NCBI GenBank assembly: GCA_964648765.1
Contig: CAZYLF010000001.1
Coordinates: forward strand, 480,632-544,631
Length of the DNA: 64,000 nucleotides
Direction of reading: 5' to 3'
Origin: an uncultured Candidatus Saccharibacteria bacterium
Lineage (GTDB): Bacteria > Patescibacteriota > Minisyncoccia > Phycocordibacterales > JACOZG01
Positions 47,450 to 58,244 of this stretch are shown in pieces; position 1 is the stretch's first letter, and each line of letters opens with the position of its first letter. A model generated the notes under the pieces. It saw nothing but the letters and a program-made list of their open reading frames with translations, searched no databases and was not told where the DNA came from. The position numbers were made by a program, and so were the translations under genes.

Positions 47450-50053
47450 TTATGCTGATTTTTTGCGCAAAATTTTCTTTAAATACTTAGCAGTGTGTGA
47501 ACCTGGTGTATACGCCACTTCTTCTGGTGTGCCAATCGCCACAATTTGCCCACCACCAAGGCCACCTTCCGGTCCCATATCTATAACATAATCTGAGCAT
47601 TTTATAATTTCTAAATTATGCTCGATCACCACCACACTATTCCCCTTCTCCACTAATTTATTCATAATCTCAATCAACTTTCGCACATCTTCATAATGTA
47701 AACCTACTGTCGGTTCATCAAGTAAATAAATTGTGCGTTCGGTGAACGGCCTATAAAGTTCTGATGAAATCTTCACTCTCTGCGCCTCACCGCCCGATAG
47801 CGTGGTAGCCGATTGCCCAAGCTGGAGATATCCTAAACCCACGGCCAATAAAGTTTCTAACCTATCGGCGATCGCTGGAATATCATGGAAGAATTCCAAA
47901 GCTTCCTCTACGGTTAAGTGAAGCACATCATCAATATTCTTTTTCTGATATCTCACTTCAAGTGTTTCTTTATCAAATCTTTTTCCTCGACACACGTCAC
48001 ATTCCACATACACAGTGGGGAGAAAGTTCATTTCTACTGCAATTGTGCCGTTACCTTGGCAAGCTTCACATCTGCCGCCTTTAACGTTAAACGAGAAGCG
48101 ATTGGCCTTCCAACCCTTTAGTCTCGCGCCTTCCGTGGCAGCGAAAAGGTCTCGGATGTGCGTAAAGGCGCCAGTGTATGTGGCTGGGTTGGAGCGTGGT
48201 GTACGACCAATTGGTGATTGATCAATTAATACGGCGCGATGCACATATTCTGTTCCTGAGAATTCTTTACAGTTATAAACGGCGCTTGAGCGATAACGGC
48301 GATCAAATCTGGCTTGCAAATTCTTGTGTAAAATTTCGTAAACTAAAGATGATTTGCCGGAACCAGACACGCCGGTGATGGACACTAAACGCCCGAGTGG
48401 AATATCAACCTTCAAGTTTTTAATATTAAAGATATTGCCACCGCGGATTTTAATTAAGCCCTTTTCCGACGCGCGGCGTTTGTCTGGAATGGGGATAGAA
48501 ACATCACCGCGCAGGTAATCCACTGTTACGGAATTAAAAGTATTCTTCTTGGCCGTTAGCAACTTCTCTATGTCGTCGGCCACCACGATTTTGCCACCAT
48601 GCACGCCAGCGCCCGGACCGATGTCTACCAGATAATCTGATGCGTAAATTGTGTCTTCATCATGCTCCACCACAATGATTGTGTTGCCGATGTCGCGGAG
48701 ATCTTGAAGCGTTTTAATTAAACGATCGTTATCGCGGGAGTGAAGACCGATGGTAGGTTCATCAAGTACGTAAAGTGCGCCTACTAAGCGCGAGCCGAGC
48801 TGCGAGGCTAAACGAATACGCTGGGCTTCACCGCCCGAGAGCGTGTGAGCGCGACGGTCGAGCGTGATGTAATCCAAGCCGACGTCGAGTAAGAACTTTA
48901 AACGCGATTCAATCTCCTTAAGAATTACTTTAGAAATTTCTTTCTCCTTTTCCGTTAGTTTTAAATTATTAAAAAAATTATTAGCCTTCTCAATTGAGAG
49001 CGCGGCTACTTCCACAATGTTTAATCCCCCGCTCTCTTTACTCCCGTTCAAGCGCACCTCAAGCGCTTCTGGTCGTAAACGATTGCCATGGCAAGTGTCA
49101 CAAGAATCAGAACCGAAAAAGTGTTTGGTCCCCAAACCATGACAAGCCGGACAAGCACCGTAAGGTGAATTAAAGGAGAAAAGACGTGGTTCAATTTCAG
49201 GATATGAGAAGCCGTCAAATGGGCAAGCAAATTTAGCAGAGAAAATGTTACTTTCCTCGCCTACTATAATCTTCACCAAGCCATCACTCTCGTTTAAGGC
49301 GCGTTCCACCCCCTCACTTAAACGTTCATTGGAGGAGTCCACGGTGGCTTGCCCAACCTCCTTACCGATTTTACTCCCTGTGCTTTTGCCACCAGTGAAA
49401 TCAATAAGCGGAATCTCATCCACAATCACATCAATCTCGTGCTTTTTATTTTTATCGAGCAAGATGCGCTCGCGCAGAAGTTTACGCGCGCCATCAATAA
49501 TTACCTCGCGATAACCTTTATCTAAGAGATCATAAAGTAGTTGATAATATTCGCCTTTTCTTCCCCGAATTAATGGAGAAGTAATTAAAAGTGAATCGCC
49601 CTTAGCGCCTTTTAAATTCTCCTTCACCAAACCCACAATCTCAGCATTTGAGAGTTTAACGATCGGGCGGCTACAGGTTAAACAATATGGTCGGCCCACG
49701 CGCGCGTAGAGCACACGGAGGTAATCATAAATTTCAGTAATCGTGGCTACTGTGGAACGTGGATTATTAGAGCGCGACTTCTGGTCTATTGAAATGGCTG
49801 GCGAGAGTCCGCGGATCTCATCCACGTCGGGCTTTTGCATCTGCTTTAAAAATTGTCGGGCGTAAGAAGAGAGGGATTCCACATAACGTCGCTGACCTTC
49901 AGCGAAAATAGTGTCGAAGGCCAGGGATGATTTACCTGAACCAGAGAGACCAGTGAACACCACCATTTTACCACGTGGAATTTCGAGATTTACGTTTTTG
50001 AGATTATGAGTTCTCGCACCCTTAATCACAATTTTATCTTCCTCGCTTTTCAT
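47450..50053 (-). CDS. uvrA: Excinuclease ABC subunit A (insertion domain absent)
   Basis: GLSGSGKSS, two LSGGEAQR signatures, Zn fingers; 867 aa. Confidence 0.97.
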   Translation of the reverse strand: MKSEEDKIVIKGARTHNLKNVNLEIPRGKMVVFTGLSGSGKSSLAFDTIFAEGQRRYVESLSSYARQFLKQMQKPDVDEIRGLSPAISIDQKSRSNNPRSTVATITEIYDYLRVLYARVGRPYCLTCSRPIVKLSNAEIVGLVKENLKGAKGDSLLITSPLIRGRKGEYYQLLYDLLDKGYREVIIDGARKLLRERILLDKNKKHEIDVIVDEIPLIDFTGGKSTGSKIGKEVGQATVDSSNERLSEGVERALNESDGLVKIIVGEESNIFSAKFACPFDGFSYPEIEPRLFSFNSPYGACPACHGLGTKHFFGSDSCDTCHGNRLRPEALEVRLNGSKESGGLNIVEVAALSIEKANNFFNNLKLTEKEKEISKVILKEIESRLKFLLDVGLDYITLDRRAHTLSGGEAQRIRLASQLGSRLVGALYVLDEPTIGLHSRDNDRLIKTLQDLRDIGNTIIVVEHDEDTIYASDYLVDIGPGAGVHGGKIVVADDIEKLLTAKKNTFNSVTVDYLRGDVSIPIPDKRRASEKGLIKIRGGNIFNIKNLKVDIPLGRLVSITGVSGSGKSSLVYEILHKNLQARFDRRYRSSAVYNCKEFSGTEYVHRAVLIDQSPIGRTPRSNPATYTGAFTHIRDLFAATEGARLKGWKANRFSFNVKGGRCEACQGNGTIAVEMNFLPTVYVECDVCRGKRFDKETLEVRYQKKNIDDVLHLTVEEALEFFHDIPAIADRLETLLAVGLGYLQLGQSATTLSGGEAQRVKISSELYRPFTERTIYLLDEPTVGLHYEDVRKLIEIMNKLVEKGNSVVVIEHNLEIIKCSDYVIDMGPEGGLGGGQIVAIGTPEEVAYTPGSHTAKYLKKILRKKSA

Positions 50054-50173
50054 AAATTAGCGTTGATTATAGCAGGAATATGGTATCTTGACAAATGTAA
50101 AGGTATATAATAGGGTAATTATCAGCTGGGTTGAGTCCCCCGGGTATTGGTGTCACTTACTGAAAGGCGAGAA

Positions 50174-50395
50174 ATGAGGAGTGTTAAGGTAATTCACACG
50201 CAGGAATCTGAAAATTATGCGAAACTTCATCAGTCCAAAATTGACGAAGAAGTCGCGAAGATGGCGAAATGTGGAGCAATTGTGATAGGTGCTAGCACGG
50301 CCTTTGGCACATACAGTCGTGAATATTTAACAATAGCCACGACCATCGTATTTGAGGAGTCAAAAAAGCTGGACAGTGTATTTGAGGAGTGCTAG
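50174..50395 (+). CDS. Small hypothetical protein (cassette between uvrB and uvrA)
   Basis: TTGACA at 50088; GAAAGG SD; terminator tgtcctgt..acaggaca-T at ~50426-50461. Confidence 0.65.
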   Translation: MRSVKVIHTQESENYAKLHQSKIDEEVAKMAKCGAIVIGASTAFGTYSREYLTIATTIVFEESKKLDSVFEEC

Positions 50396-50463
50396 CAAGA
50401 ACTGACTTTGGTAAATTTTCTCAAGTGTCCTGTTGGGCTCATAGCTCACAGGACATTTTTTAT

Positions 50464-52476
50464 TTAAACCTCCTCCCCTCTCAACATTTTAATTTCGTCG
50501 CGGAGTAAGGCGGCGGTTTCGAAGTCGAGTTCTTTAATCGCAGCGGACATTTGCTTCTGTCGGTCACGGATAAGTTTGCGTTTATCTGTGCCTGAAGCTT
50601 TATCAATCTTCACAATCTCAAACAACGCTTTACCACGCTCACTCTCAAGCGTGTTGGTAATATCACTAATCGTCTTTATGATCGTCATCGGTGTGATGCC
50701 GTGCTTTTTATTATATGCTAGCTGAATGTCACGTCGGCGATTAGTCTCATCAATCGCAGCCTTCATTGAGCGGGTGATATTGTCACCATACAAGATCACC
50801 CAACCTTCAGAATTCCGCGCTGCGCGACCAATAGTTTGAATGAGCGAAACTTCCGAACGTAAAAATCCTTCTTTATCTGCATCAAGAATTCCGATTAACG
50901 AAACTTCCGGTAAATCCAAACCTTCACGCAACAAGTTCACACCCACCAAACAATCAAATTTACCTTTCCGAAAATCCGTCAAAATTTTAATTCGCTCAAT
51001 CGTTTTAATTTCACTATGCAGATACTCGGCTTTAACCCCTTTCTCTTTTAAATACGTACTTAAATCCTCTGCCATTTTTTTGGTCAGCGTGGTGGCAATC
51101 ACGCGCATGCCGCCCTTAATCACCTTCTCCGCTTCAGCAATAAAGTCCTTAATTTGTCCGGGGTAATTGGCCTTTTGAATAATCGGCCGCACATCAATTT
51201 TAGGATCCACCAAACCAGTAGGACGGATAATCTGCTCCACAATTTGCGTAGAACGTTCGCGCTCAAAGTCGCTTGGTGTGGCTGAAGTATAAATAATCTG
51301 CCCCACACGCTCCATAAATTCATTAAATTTAAGCGGTCGGTTATCGGCCGCTGAAGGCAAACGGAAACCGTGTTCGATCAATGTCTTCTTGCGGCTCTGA
51401 TCGCCAGCATACATGCCACCAACCTGCGGAATTGTGACGTGAGATTCATCGATGATGGTTAAAAAATCTGGCTTACCATCGGGAGTCTGGGGGAAGTAGG
51501 CAAGCAAAGTATCTGGTGGTTCACCGACGGGCCGGCCAGACATGTGACGCGAGTAATTCTCAATACCCGAGCAATATCCCGTCTCGCGGATCATGGCAAT
51601 ATCGTAATTGGTGCGACGCTTTAAACGTTCAGCTTCTAGGATTTTACCTTCTTTATTTAGCCACTTTAAATGTTCATCAAGCTCATCTTTAATTAATTTT
51701 ATCGCGCGAGTCACTTCCTCTTTAGTGGTCACAAAATGTTTGGCGGGGAAGAGAAAGGCTTCCGCCAGATTCTCTAAAATTTCCCTACTCACTGGATCAA
51801 CTTTTTCAATTTGAGTTACACCAGATGGCGCAAGAGTGATCGAAAAAATCACTTCTTCTCCCGTCGGCATCACCTCCACTCTATCACCCGTGGCGCGGAA
51901 GGTGCCTGGTGTGAGATCGGCGGAAGTGCGCGTGTAATGATTTTTAATTAAATTAGTAAATAATTCTTGGCGAGATAAATGTTCGCCAACGCGGATTAAA
52001 AGATTCGCCTTCTCATATTCCTTCGGACTGCCGAGACCATAAATGCAAGAGACCGAAGCCACAATAATTACGTCCGGCCGAGTAAGTAAAGCCTGAGTGG
52101 AAGCGTGACGGAGCCGATCGATTTCTTTATTAATCTGTGCGTCCTTCTCAATATATGTATCCGTAATCGGCATATAAGCCTCGGGTTGATAGTAGTCGTA
52201 GTAGGAGACGAAATAATGCACGGCGTTGTCGGGGAAGAAGTCACGATACTCTTGCGCCAGCTGGGCGGCGAGAGTTTTATTGTGAGCGATAACGAGTGTG
52301 GGTTTATTAACTTGGGCAATAAGATTGGCGGCGGTGAAGGTTTTACCCGAGCCGGTTACGCCGAGTAGAGTTTGCTCTCTGTCGCCACGCTTAAGACCGA
52401 GCATCAATTGCTCGATCGCCTTGGGCTGATCCCCCGCCGGCTCAAACTTGGACTTTAAAATGAATTTATTAGGCAC
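50464..52476 (-). CDS. uvrB: Excinuclease ABC subunit B
   Basis: GVTGSGKT, YYDYYQPEAY, DESH, FETAALLRD motifs. Confidence 0.97.
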   Translation of the reverse strand: MPNKFILKSKFEPAGDQPKAIEQLMLGLKRGDREQTLLGVTGSGKTFTAANLIAQVNKPTLVIAHNKTLAAQLAQEYRDFFPDNAVHYFVSYYDYYQPEAYMPITDTYIEKDAQINKEIDRLRHASTQALLTRPDVIIVASVSCIYGLGSPKEYEKANLLIRVGEHLSRQELFTNLIKNHYTRTSADLTPGTFRATGDRVEVMPTGEEVIFSITLAPSGVTQIEKVDPVSREILENLAEAFLFPAKHFVTTKEEVTRAIKLIKDELDEHLKWLNKEGKILEAERLKRRTNYDIAMIRETGYCSGIENYSRHMSGRPVGEPPDTLLAYFPQTPDGKPDFLTIIDESHVTIPQVGGMYAGDQSRKKTLIEHGFRLPSAADNRPLKFNEFMERVGQIIYTSATPSDFERERSTQIVEQIIRPTGLVDPKIDVRPIIQKANYPGQIKDFIAEAEKVIKGGMRVIATTLTKKMAEDLSTYLKEKGVKAEYLHSEIKTIERIKILTDFRKGKFDCLVGVNLLREGLDLPEVSLIGILDADKEGFLRSEVSLIQTIGRAARNSEGWVILYGDNITRSMKAAIDETNRRRDIQLAYNKKHGITPMTIIKTISDITNTLESERGKALFEIVKIDKASGTDKRKLIRDRQKQMSAAIKELDFETAALLRDEIKMLRGEEV

Positions 52477-52479
52477 AAG

Positions 52480-53742
52480 CTAATTTAACCACGATTTCTT
52501 AAACTCTGTAAATCTATTATCTAAGATTGATTGGCGGATATTTTTTACTAAATTAACGATAAAATAGAGATTATGCACTGAGGCTAAGGTGTTGGCGAGA
52601 ATTTCTTTAGCTCTAAATAGGTGGGCAATGTAGGATCGAGTAAAATTTTGGCAAGTGTAACATTGGCAACCCTTTTCAATTGGCGAAAAATCTTCACGGA
52701 ATTCTTGATTTAAAATATTTATTCTTCCTGCTTTAGTCCACAATGCGCCATTCCTCGCCTCGCGCGTGGGCGCCACGCAGTCAAAGGTGTCCACACCCAT
52801 TTCCACCGCGGCAAAAATGTCTTCCACCGCGCCAATACCTAAAAGATGTCGCGGTTTGTCTTCTGGTAAAATTTGATTGACCCAACCCACCGCCATATCA
52901 ATATCCTTTTTAATAAACGAGCCACCAATGCCGAAGCCATCAAAGTCCATTGCTCCAATTGTTCTGGCACTTTCTTCTCGTAGATCTTGATGTCTTCCAC
53001 CTTGTACTATGCCGAACAAAGCTTGTGTGCCGCCAAGCTTTTTATGTTCATCAAGTGATCTTTTGGCCCAAGCGTGGGTACGAGCAAGTGCTTCTTTTTG
53101 GTATTCATACGTGGCCGTTGAAGCGGTGCACTCGTCGAAGGCGAAGATGATGTCAGCGCCCAAATCGTGCTGGATCTGCATTGATTTTTCTGGAGTGAAG
53201 CGATGCTCGCTGCCATCGCGAGGTGAACGAAAGGTTACGCCATCATCATCAATTTTGGCAGGGGCACCCAAGGCAACTGATTCAAAATTTTGTTCGTGTA
53301 GCCCGCCAGCATCGATCGCATTTTGATGCGTTCGGGCGGGGGTTCCCGTACCAACGGGATGAAGCAACGAGAATTCGGATTTGTCTGCGGAATCTTCCTT
53401 TGCGATTTTGCTAACACTTTTTCCAAAGGCTTCACCGAGCGAGAAAACTTGAAAGCCACCAGAGTCTGTGAGAGTCGGCCCGGACCAATTCATAAACTTT
53501 CCTAATCCCCCGCCCGCCTTTACAATTTTTTCTCCTGGTTCGAGATATAAGTGATAAGTGTTTGCGAGCACAGCTTCCGCTCCCAAACTTGAGATCATCT
53601 CCGGAGTTAGAGCTTTAACGGTTGCTTTCGTTCCAACCACAGTAAAAGCTGGCGTGTGTATTTCGCCATGCGGAGTTTTAATTACCCCGGCGCGCCCAAG
53701 GCTTCCAGGGATTCTGGCTTCAATTTTAAACGAGGACGACAT
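52480..53742 (-). CDS. tgt: tRNA-guanine transglycosylase
   Basis: NTYHL, TDSGGFQVFSL, GIVQGG, CQCYTC motifs. Confidence 0.95.
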   Translation of the reverse strand: MSSSFKIEARIPGSLGRAGVIKTPHGEIHTPAFTVVGTKATVKALTPEMISSLGAEAVLANTYHLYLEPGEKIVKAGGGLGKFMNWSGPTLTDSGGFQVFSLGEAFGKSVSKIAKEDSADKSEFSLLHPVGTGTPARTHQNAIDAGGLHEQNFESVALGAPAKIDDDGVTFRSPRDGSEHRFTPEKSMQIQHDLGADIIFAFDECTASTATYEYQKEALARTHAWAKRSLDEHKKLGGTQALFGIVQGGRHQDLREESARTIGAMDFDGFGIGGSFIKKDIDMAVGWVNQILPEDKPRHLLGIGAVEDIFAAVEMGVDTFDCVAPTREARNGALWTKAGRINILNQEFREDFSPIEKGCQCYTCQNFTRSYIAHLFRAKEILANTLASVHNLYFIVNLVKNIRQSILDNRFTEFKKSWLN

Positions 53743-53759
53743 TCACCTATTCTTACCCT

Positions 53760-55742
53760 TTAAGACACAGGATTGCAAGCCGCACACACACCAAATTCTT
53801 CTAACTTATCTAAATATTTAATTACAGCTCTCACATATTCCGCATGGCTCCAAACCAAAGGCGCCACAGAGAGAGATTCGCCAGTATGAGGATTCAGTTG
53901 CTCAGACAAGATACCAGAGGGCGAAGCGTACTTAAGTACCCAACGAAAAATTTCTCTAACTGGTTCAAGATCCTTCTCATTTTTAGCTTGATCAATTATG
54001 TAGTGAGCTGACCACAAACTTGGCACAAACCAAGGGTTACCAGGGGTATTCTTATCAATTTGATAATAGTTATCACCGGTATATCTTGCCACTCCACCCA
54101 CCAAAGTTTTAACTCTTAAAGCTTGATCTGTAACCTTAAGTGCCTTTATCAACCTTTCATCGTCATGAGTTAAAACTTTAAATTGATAAACTCCAAACGC
54201 GCTTGAGGCGTCAATTGCTTCGTCATAAACTAGCTCGTCTTGATTAAATGAAAGCATTTTATAAAAACAGCCACGTTTTTCATCATACAGGTGCCGTAAA
54301 ATTGCCTCTTTAACCTCACGCGCAGCCCGGCGATAAGTGTCCTCATTTTTTATTTTACCTAAAAGTTTAGCAAACTCACTGGCTACGGTTAGCGCACCAT
54401 ATACAGCCGATGAAGAAAATGTCGTCACCCCTAGCTTCTCCTCCCAAAGATCGTAACTCTCTTTAGGCAAACCAGTGCGCGGATCGCGATAAAGTACCAT
54501 AAAGTCCGCAGCTTTTTTAATTAGTGAGTTATAAATTTCCTCAATAAATTCTAAATCTTTAGTGACGGTGTAATACTCCCAAAGTGAGTAAATTACCAAA
54601 GCGGTTTCATCTTCTTGAATTGGCAATTGAGCTTGACCATTTCTAAACCACGGATGCCATGAACTACCGAGTGAGCCGTCAGGACTGTATTTATGCATAA
54701 AGTAGCCTTCGTCAGAAATAATTTTATTACAAAATGCAAAAAAGCTTCTTGCCACTGAACCGTCTCCTGCAAGAGTGAGTGCAAGTGCGGTAAACGAAGC
54801 ATCGCGTGGCCATACATAAGCATAAGTATCCTTGCCTTTTTGCAAAGTATTGGAATCTCCGGAAGCAATAATCGCCCCATTAGTGCTGGCATGGGCCCTC
54901 ATTATTAATAGCGATTGATTAAAAAGTTTTACCAGATCAGGCTCAAGACCATAAAAGCTAAAATTTTGGCGGGTTACCCAGGCTTGCCAATAATTTTTTG
55001 TAGTCTCGACTAAATGCCCCGCACCCTTGGCAAGCACATAATTGTTAAGTTCCGTGGCCTCTTTAATTGATGTGGCAACCGTGAGCCAGTAATATAAAAT
55101 TTTTGTCTCATCTGGCTTATAAACTCCAGTGAGTGCTATAAATGAATCGGCGGGGCCATGCTCAATTGGGTTTTTTTCTAACTTTCCGTCGATTGCGTCG
55201 TACTCTGTACCCTCTTTACCATCCACACCAAATACTCCAGTACTAAAGTCATCAAAATTGCGACCTTCAAGTTGAGCATTAATTAAAATGGCGCGCTGGT
55301 TACGGTAATGGATTACTGTGTTGTTTGAAGGGTTAAAGTAGGCCGTGTGTGCCGAGCGGGATTCTGTGAGCTCAAATTTATGACCAAAGAAAATCTTAAT
55401 CTTGCGCTCGCGATAGGCCAAGTTTTTTATTAAAATTTTACGAACAAAAATATCCTTTTCATTATAAACAAGATCGTTGAAGAAAATTGAAAGTTCAAGA
55501 TCCTTATTTATAGCCATAGTCTCGCCCGCTAGCACATTTGTTTCAGTTTTAATTTCAATCTTCCAGGCGCCGTCATCAATAAATGAAAAAACTCCATCCA
55601 CCCACACGCCCACGCGGTGAGCAAAACGCCCACCGACTTGGTTCTCTAACCCAATATAGGGGAAGTACAAATCTCTCACCTCGGCACGCTCGTCGAGATT
55701 AATTAGGATACGTCCATTACCGAGGGTGAGCGCCTTCGACAT
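53760..55742 (-). CDS. Glycoside hydrolase family 15 (glucoamylase-like)
   Basis: YVWPRDA, QEDET, DLWEE, LSEQ, PLVWSHA motifs. Confidence 0.9.
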   Translation of the reverse strand: MSKALTLGNGRILINLDERAEVRDLYFPYIGLENQVGGRFAHRVGVWVDGVFSFIDDGAWKIEIKTETNVLAGETMAINKDLELSIFFNDLVYNEKDIFVRKILIKNLAYRERKIKIFFGHKFELTESRSAHTAYFNPSNNTVIHYRNQRAILINAQLEGRNFDDFSTGVFGVDGKEGTEYDAIDGKLEKNPIEHGPADSFIALTGVYKPDETKILYYWLTVATSIKEATELNNYVLAKGAGHLVETTKNYWQAWVTRQNFSFYGLEPDLVKLFNQSLLIMRAHASTNGAIIASGDSNTLQKGKDTYAYVWPRDASFTALALTLAGDGSVARSFFAFCNKIISDEGYFMHKYSPDGSLGSSWHPWFRNGQAQLPIQEDETALVIYSLWEYYTVTKDLEFIEEIYNSLIKKAADFMVLYRDPRTGLPKESYDLWEEKLGVTTFSSSAVYGALTVASEFAKLLGKIKNEDTYRRAAREVKEAILRHLYDEKRGCFYKMLSFNQDELVYDEAIDASSAFGVYQFKVLTHDDERLIKALKVTDQALRVKTLVGGVARYTGDNYYQIDKNTPGNPWFVPSLWSAHYIIDQAKNEKDLEPVREIFRWVLKYASPSGILSEQLNPHTGESLSVAPLVWSHAEYVRAVIKYLDKLEEFGVCAACNPVS

Positions 55743-55744
55743 TC

Positions 55745-56104
55745 TTAAATTTTATAGCCTTTCAAACTTTTATTAACCGCAGTTAGTGTGGCGCTTATTG
55801 TTTTGGCTTTAGAAATTGCTTGGGCAGTTTTGTCATCTTTAAGTACATGCTTTACCCAATTGGCGAAATCATTACCGCCGTTTTTAGTGTGGAAGTTGTA
55901 ACGTGCCACATCAATTACTTCAAAGTAATTTGCTAACTCTTTTAGACTGCGAAGTACTGGCCCACTACTAACCCAAAACTCTTGACCACTTGGGGCGTAT
56001 ACCAAACTTGGTAAATCGGATTTTGTTTTTGTTACTTTTTTTGGAGTAACCACCTTTGTTGTTTGCACTTTTGGTTTCATAAAATTTAAAATAAAATCTT
56101 TCAT
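55745..56104 (-). CDS. DUF5752-like small protein of the glycan cluster
   Basis: F..SG..LRSLKEL..FH....NDFANWV pattern. Confidence 0.55.
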   Translation of the reverse strand: MKDFILNFMKPKVQTTKVVTPKKVTKTKSDLPSLVYAPSGQEFWVSSGPVLRSLKELANYFEVIDVARYNFHTKNGGNDFANWVKHVLKDDKTAQAISKAKTISATLTAVNKSLKGYKI

Positions 56105-56137
56105 ATTAATTAATTATTGTTACTATATTTTAACAAA

Positions 56138-57349
56138 CTAGGATTTTTGTGCATTAGCGCTATCCACTCTTAGCTCTAAATCGTGCGCAGCGTTCATGTA
56201 TGCAATATAAGCGTCGTATGGAGATTGATAAGGATTAAAGTAAGCATGCACGTCGCCATCAGCAAACCACTTTGTGCACATGTAGTAAAAGTGGTCAGAA
56301 GTTTGAAGACGACGCCAAGATTCTTGAAGACTTTTACTTTTAACATTTGCCATCCGAGGCTCAAGGGCATAGATACGATCAAGAGCCGAGCGTTGCATCT
56401 CATTTCCTGTCCAAGCGGAGAGATCGCGCTCGGTGTCGGCCCAAGTGAGGATGTGCGGCACATCGAGATCGTCAGACACCGGGAACTTCCTTACTGCTTC
56501 ATCCACAGTGACAAAGTTATTGTCGGGGTGTTTAAGAATCTCGCCCGGCAAATGACGTAAGAATTCAAAGATGCCCGTGTCAGCCCATTGATGCTCACCA
56601 AAAGTCTCGTAATCCATAAAAAGATTAACGAGGTGTCCATTGCCGTTGATGGCGTTTACCCACTGGGCAAATTTAGGAGCATTGAGTGGGTACTCCTTCC
56701 ACGACTTCTCGCCGAAGCGGAAGGCCATGTCGTCAGATAAGCGGTAATTTTTTAAAAGTAATTTAATCTTCTTGGCACCCTTCGGTCGGTATAAAAAGTT
56801 GGGGCTCCGCCAGCCAAGATAATGATCCCAACCTTCGGTTACAACACCCTCATAACCCTTTTTATCGGCCCAGACGCCTACGTCGTTACGATATGAGAGC
56901 TCAGTATTGCGGAAAACTTTAGGTTTAATTCCAAATAATTTTTTAATTTTAGCTTCGTGGAGTTTAACTTGCCGCTCAAACTCTTGTGGTGAATAGAAAA
57001 AGGCTAAGGAATGATAGTAAGTCTCGCCAAGCACACTCACCCGCCCCGTCTCCACTAACTTTTGGAAGACTTCAATAACTTCTGGCGCATTTTCCTCAAG
57101 TTGCTCGAGAGCCAGGCCAGAGAAAGAAAAACTTATTTTAAATTCTGGATGTTTTTTTAATAATTCTAAAAAGGTTAGGCTGGCCGGTAAATATGACTTC
57201 TCCGCGACTTTCCGCAAAATCCGCGCGTTGTTTAAATTAGTTTCCGAATCGTCATTAAAATATTCACTATCACGTCCAACGTCAAAAATTCGATACTTCT
57301 TAACCCGAAGTGGTTGATGAACCTGAAAATATAAACAGACCGCTGGCAT
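56138..57349 (-). CDS. Glycoside hydrolase family 57 (alpha-amylase-like)
   Basis: HQP, ETYYHSL, FRNTEL, DYETFGEH motifs. Confidence 0.92.
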   Translation of the reverse strand: MPAVCLYFQVHQPLRVKKYRIFDVGRDSEYFNDDSETNLNNARILRKVAEKSYLPASLTFLELLKKHPEFKISFSFSGLALEQLEENAPEVIEVFQKLVETGRVSVLGETYYHSLAFFYSPQEFERQVKLHEAKIKKLFGIKPKVFRNTELSYRNDVGVWADKKGYEGVVTEGWDHYLGWRSPNFLYRPKGAKKIKLLLKNYRLSDDMAFRFGEKSWKEYPLNAPKFAQWVNAINGNGHLVNLFMDYETFGEHQWADTGIFEFLRHLPGEILKHPDNNFVTVDEAVRKFPVSDDLDVPHILTWADTERDLSAWTGNEMQRSALDRIYALEPRMANVKSKSLQESWRRLQTSDHFYYMCTKWFADGDVHAYFNPYQSPYDAYIAYMNAAHDLELRVDSANAQKS

Positions 57350-57361
57350 GCCAATAGTTTA

Positions 57362-57405
57362 ACATAAAAAAACCGGCAACGACTCACATAGTGAATCGCT
57401 GCCGG
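57362..57405 (-). repeat. Repeated terminator B, copy 1
   Basis: acataaaaaaaccggcaacgactcacatagtgaatcgctgccgg; near-identical copy at 59426-59468. Confidence 0.88.
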
Positions 57406-57532
57406 CCGAGGCTGGTGGGCAAATTCGCGCTCCAGCTTGCAAGGTAAACTTAAAAGATCAAATGGTTGGCCAGCGCAGGAAACGTCTCCTTGGAAACACT
57501 CCTGCGCTGGCCCCGCTGCCGAGTAGCTGATA
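57366..57532 (-). ncRNA. Putative structured small RNA
   Basis: TTGACA at 57564-57559, 13-bp perfect GC stem (57468-57512), second hairpin, terminator; no SD-led ORF. Confidence 0.45.
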
Positions 57533-57681
57533 TGGATTTTTGCACATCTGAGTTTCGATGTCAATTTTTCTTACCCACACTTTTTAGGTTTTTAATTTCA
57601 CCCTTTTTGCTTATAAACCTAAAATCTGGTAGTTTAACGATAGTTTGGTCCTAGAAATTGCTCATGTTTGAGAGGGTGAAA

Positions 57682-57834
57682 ATGACTCAACAAATGTGGA
57701 CTCTAATCACGATATGTGCCGTATTGCTTTTGTTTTGTCTCAAACGATGGCTTGGTAACAATCCCAAATTCATGAAATGGCTTGAAGATGAGTATGATGA
57801 AAATGGTCCAGAAAATCGAAAGGAGAAAAAATGA
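57682..57834 (+). CDS. 50-aa single-TM protein (not in ORF track; cassette)
   Basis: GAGAGGGTG SD; MTQQMWTLITICAVLLLFCLKRW..RKEKK*; ATGA overlap with the next gene. Confidence 0.65.
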   Translation: MTQQMWTLITICAVLLLFCLKRWLGNNPKFMKWLEDEYDENGPENRKEKK

Positions 57835-58094
57835 AGACGACAGAGATGCCTAGCGGTTCGAGTTGTCCGCATTGTAGTGGCCCAGTCTTAGCCGATATTG
57901 TGGCTGAGGAAGTGACACCGGCAGGGACAGCGGAAAAAGAAAAGATCACAAAGGTTTCTGCAACGTATCGATGCGCCAATGAGAACTGTGCGACGAGTTT
58001 CGCACACCCTCCCGGTCAACCAGATTGGTTACCGAATTTGAAGGATTCAATTATAAAAGAATTTGCCGGTAAGGTGACCGACAAAATGAAATAA
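57831..58094 (+). CDS. Zn-ribbon protein (CPHC..CANENC) (cassette)
   Basis: GAAAGGAG SD; terminator cccgcgct..agcgcggg-T at ~58107-58133. Confidence 0.72.
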   Translation: MKTTEMPSGSSCPHCSGPVLADIVAEEVTPAGTAEKEKITKVSATYRCANENCATSFAHPPGQPDWLPNLKDSIIKEFAGKVTDKMK

Positions 58095-58244
58095 GTACGA
58101 CCCCTACCCGCGCTACACCAGCGCGGGTTTTTTGTATCTTAAAATTGACTGGCACTTATATAAATGGTAGTTATTTAAGTGGAATTAGTAAGAAACCAAT
58201 GTGGTTTCTTTGACATAGTTTTTGGGTAGAAAGTGAGGAATAGT

